Source of the DNA: Octopus bimaculoides
Lineage: Eukaryota
Length of the DNA: 64,000 bases
Direction of reading: 5' to 3'
NCBI RefSeq assembly: GCF_001194135.2
Contig: NC_068984.1
Span: forward strand, 49,820,644-49,884,643
This document shows, one piece after another, positions 56,052 to 64,000 of this stretch. Position 1 is the first letter of the stretch; the number at the start of each line of letters is the position of its first letter. The notes beneath the pieces were generated by a model that saw nothing but the letters and a program-made list of their open reading frames with translations, was not told where the DNA came from and did not search any database. Position numbers and translations under genes: made by a program.

Positions 56052-56720
56052 CTCGGTTGCGGGCTACTCGGAAAATTGAAATGAAGCGAGAAAAATTACC
56101 AACCAAGGGTGACCAAAGAATCCCACAGAACCCAAACCATGATTACTCTTTTTTTCCATGTGCTTTTCAGTCTACAAATGCATGCCTAAAGTAGGTCCAT
56201 AGACTCGTGCAATTTTCGCTATATTCATAAATTTACTGGGTTGGTGGGGAGCACTTTGCTTCCCTTTCAAAGAGCTTTACTTCTCTTTCTAAGAGAAAGC
56301 TAAAGAAGTCAATTAGAGCTTGTTCGTAAAGTAAAGTGTATGTCTTCAGTTCTTTCAGTTTCGTCTGCCAGACAACCTCTTTTGAAATAACCACCAAAGA
56401 GAGAAAAACTGCCTGAACTGCGGGGCAAAGTAAGGTGGCGGAGCGATCTTCTGGAAAGAGTCAGCTGACAGCAAGATCCGTCCTTCATGTGATAACAGCT
56501 GTTTGACATAACTCCACTAGCCAGTACTAGATGAGCCACTGTACGAGCACATGCAGGACGGTTACGTCGCTCTGCACACACCTCGGACAGATGCAACCGA
56601 CATTATTTTCATGCCTGTCGAGTTTAAAAGGCCAGTCAGTTGATTTTACATCTTACACTAAGAGATTCCCCGCGGACGTCATCTCTCTCACCTCCAATAA
56701 TCCTTGATAGAACGTCACAA
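56052..56720 (-). promoter_or_regulatory. Candidate promoter and non-coding first exon (possibly of the SLCO gene)
   Basis: Non-repetitive, relatively GC-richer block with CCAAT (56694-56698), CRE-like TGACGT (56674-56681, 56712-56717), TTTTAAA (56623-56629) and a downstream GAG|GTAAAC donor at 56052/56051. Motif-only evidence. Confidence 0.25.
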
Positions 56721-57415
56721 TGGAACACTAACCAACAGCCTTGTACAACTGACAAAGGGCTGTAAGCCCTTGATAATATTCTAGATTGGCATGCGCCCTG
56801 CTAGGACTACAGTTGTTGCTAGTAGTATTGGTGTTGTTGATAAAAAAAAACTGTCCATACTGTTGTTGTTACTGTGGTTTTGCACATGCAAATGTTTCAA
56901 ATGAAGTTGGTAGTGATATGAAACGTCTTTCCTGTTAACTCCTCCTTGAATCTGATAGTAGGTGTTATTGATGCAATAATTCGAAACGAGTAAAATAAAA
57001 CAGGCATAAACAGGTATGATATTGCAGGAATTGAACCTTAAGAGGTACAATTTTCCAGTCTTTTTTCTTCACCCAGTGCAGTAGGAAAACTTAACGAAAG
57101 ATTTTAACAAAAATTTACAACAGTAAAAATGTTTTCAACAAAGTTTAACAGACATTTGTGAGTTGATTCCAACACAAATAATAACAACAGCCGCAAAAAT
57201 ATTATATGTGCGTGTGTGTACGAAAAGAAGGGAAGAGAGAGGGGGTGCGGAAAAAATTCCTGGGTTTTCCAGTCCATAACAATATGGTCAGGTCACTTTC
57301 AATAAGAAATTCAAATGGATTTGTGTGTCAATACTTTTCATTAAACACAAACACATACATACATACATACATACATGTATGCATACATACAGACATACAT
57401 ACATACATACATACA

Positions 57416-57446
<31 letters not shown>

Positions 57447-58405
57447 GCCTATACGTATATATGTATGTTTGTCAAGTCTCTCTTAGACGCTACTGGTAAC
57501 ATGTAACCCAGTACAACCTGTTGCATGGTCGGGTCGTCAGCGACTAAACTGGCAACCCCACCAGGCTTGCTTGGTGAGGAGGGTGTTGTTGGACACCCTG
57601 CAGGACGAAAAATATGACCTGTGAAAAGGCGGAAGAGCTCATGAGCAGTCAACGGCCATCCAACAATATGTGTACATGTGTGTGTATGTATGTATGTATG
57701 TATGTATGTATGTATGTATGTAGGTATGCGCAGGGACGTGGAAATACCTGGGTTGGTGTTTAAAGAGAGGGAACCTTTGAGAAAAAAGCTGGGACACTGA
57801 TAATATTCGATGTAGACTAGTTCTTCTTTTCGAGTTTATGTTGTCCATGTTCAGAGAGTGGGATTGAATTTGTGCAAATCCTTTTCCCATTATAAAAAAA
57901 AAACATCCTGCATAGGCATCGCTTGAAAAACAAGTAAGACATATCACAAAAATGGCTGGTCGTAGCCTTCGCATGTGTGAGACTTTCGATCAGGCGATGG
58001 CAATATTCGAACATGAGTTTGCAACCATCATGTGTGTATGTATGTATGTATGGATGGATGGATGTGTGTGTGTGTGCGTGTATGTGTGTATGTATATGTG
58101 TATGTATGTATGTATGTAATGTCCTTTAAAAAGTACAGTAAAACTGCCGTGCGTAGATGCATATCCGGCGTTTCGGGTTGAAGTTATCGCCTTGAACATC
58201 CCTTTTGGTTGTATATATCTACTAATGGCATGGGTAATATGTCAAACTGAGTTTCTGAACTGACTATGATACACATATGAAACCCAAATGTTTTTTGTAT
58301 TTACTCTGCAAAGAGTCAATCGTTTGAAATACTTTCGTTCGGCTGTATCGTTGTTATATGCTGTGCTTGAAGCTAAGCTTTCTCTATAAGTTACTAGGCA
58401 AGTAT

Positions 58406-58491
<86 letters not shown>

Positions 58492-58675
58492 ATATACGTA
58501 TGCAAATATATATACGTGTACACACGCTCGCAGAGTGACTTAGAGAAGGAAAGAGCTTGTCATCAAAAGTATTTATCAAAAAAATAAATACAAAGAAAAC
58601 ACAATAAAAATATTATAAGACCACAAAGGACGTTCAGAGTTAATATTATCAGGTTGACGCTGAAAGGATATACAG

Positions 58676-58976
58676 CAGCATTTCTCAACCATTTTCTTGC
58701 CTATGGATCCCTATGGTTACTATTTTGTTCTACTGGACCTCAATAGCAATTTGATGTATATAAAAAAATCCCATTATGTCTTTATAATTAAATATTATTA
58801 GAATTGTATACAAAAATTAAAATATTTCATGCATTGTAGAAATATAAGCAATTTTTTGTGGATAAATTTTAACAACAAAATCATATAGGGACCTCACATC
58901 ACAAGGGCCATATAGACCCCCACCAAGGGCCATATGGATTCCTGAAGTCCATATGCACCCATATTGAGAACTACTG
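58676..58976. mobile_element. hAT (Charlie-like) MITE, 301 bp
   Basis: Ends CAGCATTTCTCAA / TTGAGAACTACTG resemble the Charlie CAGTGGTTCTCAA TIR. Flanks ATATACAG / CTATAGAG are a 6/8-matching 8-bp TSD. Confidence 0.65.
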
Positions 58977-59116
58977 CTATAGAGCAAAAGTTATGACGTT
59001 TCGGACATTGCTCTTCTTCGGATACTAGTGGAAAGTCCTGGAGAAACAAAGAGGAAGAGGAAGAGAAGAAAGGAAATAAAAAGAAGATAGCAAGAGAAGA
59101 ACAAAACACACATATT

Positions 59117-59165
<49 letters not shown>

Positions 59166-59555
59166 GTAAGCTTGTTTGCAAAAGTGCGGATGTACGATTG
59201 TGAACTAGTGTATATACTTTTGTTTTACAATGCAACTATGTATGTGTAAGCACGTGGTCCATTTGCACTTACTACTATTCATTGTTTATATGTCTATGAG
59301 ATTGATTAATATGTATGTATAAATGTTTGTGTATGCATGTATGCATGTAGTTGCCTTAGACGTTGTTTGTTCATATATTTGTCTTGTATACAAAGGGAAT
59401 GCATTAATGTAGTACCCACGTATTCACACTTGTATACATTTAGCCATACACACACACACTCAGCTCACTAACATATATACACACTTATCATGTATGTGTG
59501 TAAGAGGAGAGAGAGGGGGAGAGAGAGAAATAAATAAAGAAGGAAGAAACAAAGG

Positions 59556-59556
<1 letters not shown>

Positions 59557-59611
<55 letters not shown>

Positions 59612-59612
59612 C
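59557..59612. repeat. (GATA)n microsatellite
   Basis: Directly visible. Confidence 0.97.
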
Positions 59613-59914
59613 AGCACGCGAGAGAGAGAGAGAGAGTGAGAGAGGGGGTAGCGAGAGTGAGGGAGAGGGGAGTATGGGTCAAACAGGTGGCTATAATAAC
59701 CAATGCCGCTCTGAAAGATAATTAAAAAGAATTACAAGACAAATAGAACGGAATTATAATATTACGGAATTGAGATTTGAATCGTTTTACAGTCTTACAT
59801 GCTTTCGTATGTTTATAACACTGTAATGAGTTTACAGTAAATAGTTTCATGTAAATACCAATTAAAGATGAGGATAATGAGATCGTCCCTTATGATCAGT
59901 TGCAGTTTGATTTA

Positions 59915-60008
59915 GTGCCTGTTTCAGTCTTTTTTTACAGTGGCCATGCTGGAGCACAGCCTTTAGTCGAGCAAATCAACCCCAGGAATTATTCTTTGTA
60001 AGCCTAGT
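59915..60008 (-). mobile_element. SINE family D tail running into a gap
   Basis: GGCCATGCTGGAGCACAGCCTTTAGTCGAGCAAATC..TGTAAGCCTAGT. Confidence 0.8.
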
Positions 60009-60258
60009 NNNNNNNNNNNNNNNNNNNNNNNNNNNNNNNNNNNNNNNNNNNNNNNNNNNNNNNNNNNNNNNNNNNNNNNNNNNNNNNNNNNNNNNNNNNN
60101 NNNNNNNNTATATATACCCGACACCATATATGTTGCCGTTACAACATTAACAACAACAACACCTGCTGCTGATACTATTACTACTAATACTACTACTACT
60201 ACAACTACTACTACTACTACTACTACTACTACAATAACAACAACAGCTGCTATTGATG

Positions 60259-60294
<36 letters not shown>

Positions 60295-60458
60295 ACAATG
60301 GAAGATAATTTAATATTTCCTTTATCCAGGGCAGTAAAAAATTACAAAACATTTCATGTCAGTTCTGAATACAAGCTTATTTAGTGACGTATAAAAAAAA
60401 TCATTAATGTCCATGATAGATAATACAAAGAGCAAAACTTTAGGTTATACATATATAA

Positions 60459-60498
<40 letters not shown>

Positions 60499-61356
60499 TG
60501 GTAGACACTCACCCCCTTACACACAGACCTAACACATGCTTATGTGTGTATGCGTATTTTGTGTGTATACATACATATGCACACACACACACACATACAC
60601 ATATACAGTATTGAAATAAGAGCTGCTAAGAGTTTCATGCCATGGAGACACGTTAACTCGGCATATTTAGATAACGTGCCTTGTGTTTCCAAGAAATTTT
60701 TCATACTCCGTGCACATGGGATTAACAATATGAACTGAGCCTGGAAGTTTGTCAAACCGCTCAGTTATGAAATACAACTGAAACGCAAAACACACCTTGA
60801 GAGTGGATCGATCGTTCGGATAAATTGCTTTGGGATAGTCTTTCCATTTCTGTACACATTGAGTTCAAATTCCGCTGACATAACCTTTGCCTTTCGTTCC
60901 ATCGAGTTCAATGAATAAAGTGCCAGTTCTGTACTAGGGTCCAGTCTTCTCTTTCACTCTTTTTGTCTGATTTTCTCATTTCTGAAAGTAATCGGTTGCG
61001 GTCAGACTCGGAGAAGGATGGCGTCCGTCATGTCTAAAAATGCCCGCAGCACGCTGTATATCACGACGGTGACATAGAACTTCACCAAGGAGTTGAGGGT
61101 CCAGGAAAGGCATATACATATATACGTCGGGGTTTTGCGATAGCCTTCAGAATTTGCTCAGAATTACAGACAATAAAATTTCACACAAAAATACATTAAG
61201 AAATACCTAAAATTACTCAAAAGTGGGACGCGGATGGTTAAGGATGATCAGGATACCCTAAAACTAAGACCACTCCCACGAGAGGATGTCCATATATCAA
61301 AACTATATTTACTACGCTCACCCAATTTTAATGATGATACTACTATTAATAATTAA

Positions 61357-61570
61357 GGCAGTGAGCTGGCACAATCGTTAGCAAGCCGGAAGAAATGCTT
61401 AGCAGCATTTCGTCCGTCTTCACGTTCTGAGTTTAAATTCCACCGAGGTCGATTTTGCCTTTCATCTTTTCATTGTCGATAAAATAAGTACCAGCTAAAC
61501 AATGGAGTTGATGTAATCGACTAGTCCCCTCTCACAAAATTTCAGGCTTTGTGGCAATAGTAGAAAGGAT
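61357..61570 (+). mobile_element. SINE family C, sense copy (followed by an antisense partial copy to about 61640)
   Basis: GGCAGTGAGCTGGCACAATCGTTAGC..GAGTTTAAATTCCACCGAGGTCGATTTTGCCTTTCATC..GTCGATAAAATAAGTACCAG. Confidence 0.85.
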
Positions 61571-61723
61571 TTTACTGCAGCAATTATAGGATGAAAGGCA
61601 AAGTCGACCTCAGCAGAATTTGAACTCCGTACGTAAAGAGCTAACGGCACTAACGATTCAGAAAGCTTGTTGCTTTAGAACTTTATTATTAATAATTATT
61701 TCTGTTAGAGGTACAAGGCCTGG

Positions 61724-62013
61724 TGGAGGCGCAATGGCCCAGTGGTTAGGGCAGTGGACTCGCGGTCATAGGATCGCGGTTTCGATTCCCGGGCGTTGTG
61801 TGTGTTTATCGAGCGAAAACACCTAAAGCTCCACGAGGCTCCGGCAGGGGATGGTGGCGAATCCTGCTGTACTTTTTCACCACAACTTTCTCTCACTCTT
61901 ACTTCCTGTTTCTGTTGTGCCTGCAATTCAAAGGGTCAGCCTTGTCACACTGTGTCACACTGAATATCCCCGAGAGCTACGTTAAGGGTACATGTGTCTG
62001 TGGAGTGCTCAGC
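61724..62013 (+). mobile_element. SINE family A running into a gap, apparently nested in an antisense family C copy
   Basis: Family C-like GGTACAAGGCCTG precedes it, and family C-like GAAATGCCGCTAAGCATTTT resumes after the gap (62508 onward). Confidence 0.85.
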
Positions 62014-62639
62014 NNNNNNNNNNNNNNNNNNNNNNNNNNNNNNNNNNNNNNNNNNNNNNNNNNNNNNNNNNNNNNNNNNNNNNNNNNNNNNNNNNNNNNN
62101 NNNNNNNNNNNNNNNNNNNNNNNNNNNNNNNNNNNNNNNNNNNNNNNNNNNNNNNNNNNNNNNNNNNNNNNNNNNNNNNNNNNNNNNNNNNNNNNNNNNN
62201 NNNNNNNNNNNNNNNNNNNNNNNNNNNNNNNNNNNNNNNNNNNNNNNNNNNNNNNNNNNNNNNNNNNNNNNNNNNNNNNNNNNNNNNNNNNNNNNNNNNN
62301 NNNNNNNNNNNNNNNNNNNNNNNNNNNNNNNNNNNNNNNNNNNNNNNNNNNNNNNNNNNNNNNNNNNNNNNNNNNNNNNNNNNNNNNNNNNNNNNNNNNN
62401 NNNNNNNNNNNNNNNNNNNNNNNNNNNNNNNNNNNNNNNNNNNNNNNNNNNNNNNNNNNNNNNNNNNNNNNNNNNNNNNNNNNNNNNNNNNNNNNNNNNN
62501 NNNNNNTAAGAAGGTAAAGTTCCGAAAGAAATGCCGCTAAGCATTTTTTCCGAAATATCCCGCGAACGATTCGCTCTTGTTAGTGAGCGGTAAGTTTTAA
62601 AAGAGATGTGGCTGTCGTTTCATAATGATTACTAACACA

Positions 62640-63280
62640 AGCCTTCCACCTTGAACTCTGCTGTGCATGCGCAGTAAGTTTTAACGTTCTAGCTCACTTA
62701 CCCTGTTTACAGCAGTGCTTGAAAGGAACGCGTGTAGCGCGCGGTCGTCGCATTGACCATGACAGAGAACGTTGTCATGGCGAGGCCTACACAAAGTTGT
62801 CGAAAGTGTATGGACAGGAGTGTATGAGTTGTGCACAAGTGTACGATTGGTTCAAACGTTTCCAAATTGGCCGAAAAAATGTCGATATTGTCGAACGTTC
62901 TGGGAGACGCGCAACCAGCAGAAAAGAGAAAAACATGTGCGTGCCGCTGTGAGGGGAAATCGTCGAATCACCATTCATGAGTTATCAGAGAATGAGCAGG
63001 TTACGGTTCAGTTCAGTCCATTATCACTAAAGATTTGGGTATGAGAAGAGTGTCTGCCAAGTTTGTGCCAAAACTGCTTTCAGCTGACCAAAATGATACG
63101 TGGGTTTCAGTCGCACAAGATCTCCTTGACTGTCTCGCAAACGATGAAAAGTGTTTGAAGACTTTGCGTAGACCTCTGCGCAGGTATCGACAAAGTTTTA
63201 GTAGAATTTGATGCAGCTTCTCCACTCAACTTCAGCTTTCTTGCTATGAAAACAGTCCGGATACTTTTTGATCAAACCAC
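62640..63280 (+). mobile_element. Internally deleted mariner element (N-terminal HTH region plus right TIR)
   Basis: GEAYTKLSKVYGQECMSCAQVYDWFKRFQIGRKNV..ERSGR, VRAAVRGNRRITIHEL and KDLGMRRVSAKFVPKLLS are mariner transposase N-terminal motifs. Ends in AGTCCGGATACTTTTTGATCAAACC (TIR-like). Left end not identified. Confidence 0.85.
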
Positions 63281-63284
63281 ACAC

Positions 63285-63318
63285 ACATATACTTCTATGT
63301 ACATATACATATATATAT

Positions 63319-63359
<41 letters not shown>

Positions 63360-63412
63360 CACATATATATACATGTATATATATATATATACACATATAA
63401 ATNNNNNNNNNN

Positions 63413-63479
<67 letters not shown>

Positions 63480-63620
63480 TATACTGAACTCACTACATAT
63501 ACATATATATATATACATGCATATAAATACATATACATACATATATATATATAATAATATAAATAATATATAAATATATGCATATATCCATACATATATG
63601 TACATACCTACATCTATATG
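63285..63620. repeat. Degenerate (TA)n/(TACA)n tract with a 10-N gap
   Basis: Directly visible. Confidence 0.95.
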
Positions 63621-63950
63621 TATACATACATGCATATATGGGTACAGGAAATAAAAAAAAAAACATTAAACGCAAAGAGAGACGAAAACATAAAAACGAA
63701 AACACAAAACGAACTTTCTTCGAACGACGAAAAAATCAAGTGGAGAAACGAGACATGCAACATAAAGAGTATACTCCTTCGTCAGATGTCCCTGTTCCAT
63801 CTACTCTGCGTTTCGAAGGCAAGGACAATACGCGACTTCGTTGAAACAGTCCTTCCCACAAAGCAAATTAAATAAAATTTGGGATTTTTTGCGGAGAGTG
63901 AAGTGAAAGTGTTAACAAGAACAGAACAGTGAGAACAAGACAGTAAAAAC
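63620..63950 (+). mobile_element. Penelope-like end module flanked by (TA)n; related copies at 40270-40560 (minus) and 53635-53685
   Basis: ATGGGTACAGGA..AAAACGAACTTTC.TTCGAAC.ACGAAA..CAACATAAAGA..TCTACTC.GC.TTTCGAA is shared with the reverse complement of 40365-40545. Penelope-like assignment is inference from CTGANGA and CGAAAC motifs. Confidence 0.45.
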
Positions 63951-64000
63951 AAACGGTGAGGGCTGTTGAGCCAAGACGATAGAAAAATTATTATGAACGC

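Noticed and set aside
63765-63820. GAAAC...CTGACGA in permuted (type II hammerhead) order on the minus strand
   Set aside because: Stem I only forms by consuming the core C3, and the homologous copy at about 40367-40410 (GAAAT..CTGATTA) does not keep the pairings.

Overview
AT-rich, repeat-dense eukaryotic genomic DNA with 11 N-gaps. The repeat families and microsatellite load suggest an octopus (coleoid cephalopod) draft assembly; this is inference. Only one host coding exon is recognisable: the first coding exon of an OATP/SLCO organic anion transporter on the minus strand (27075-26845, phase-0 GTAAG donor). No second exon was found in the 26.8 kb downstream. The rest is intronic or intergenic: at least four SINE-like families, LINE remnants (two head-to-head CR1-type copies, an Ingi/Vingi-type copy, a Dong/R4 3' end), DNA transposon remnants (mariner/Tc1, hAT, piggyBac-like), Penelope-like end modules and many microsatellites. 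Almost all ORFs in the supplied track are microsatellite or gap artefacts. The most interesting signals are minimal hammerhead-ribozyme-like motifs with a CCGANGA core variant, and long inverted repeats inside or around the SLCO transcription unit that could form dsRNA. All alignments and identities were judged by eye and many repeat boundaries are approximate.
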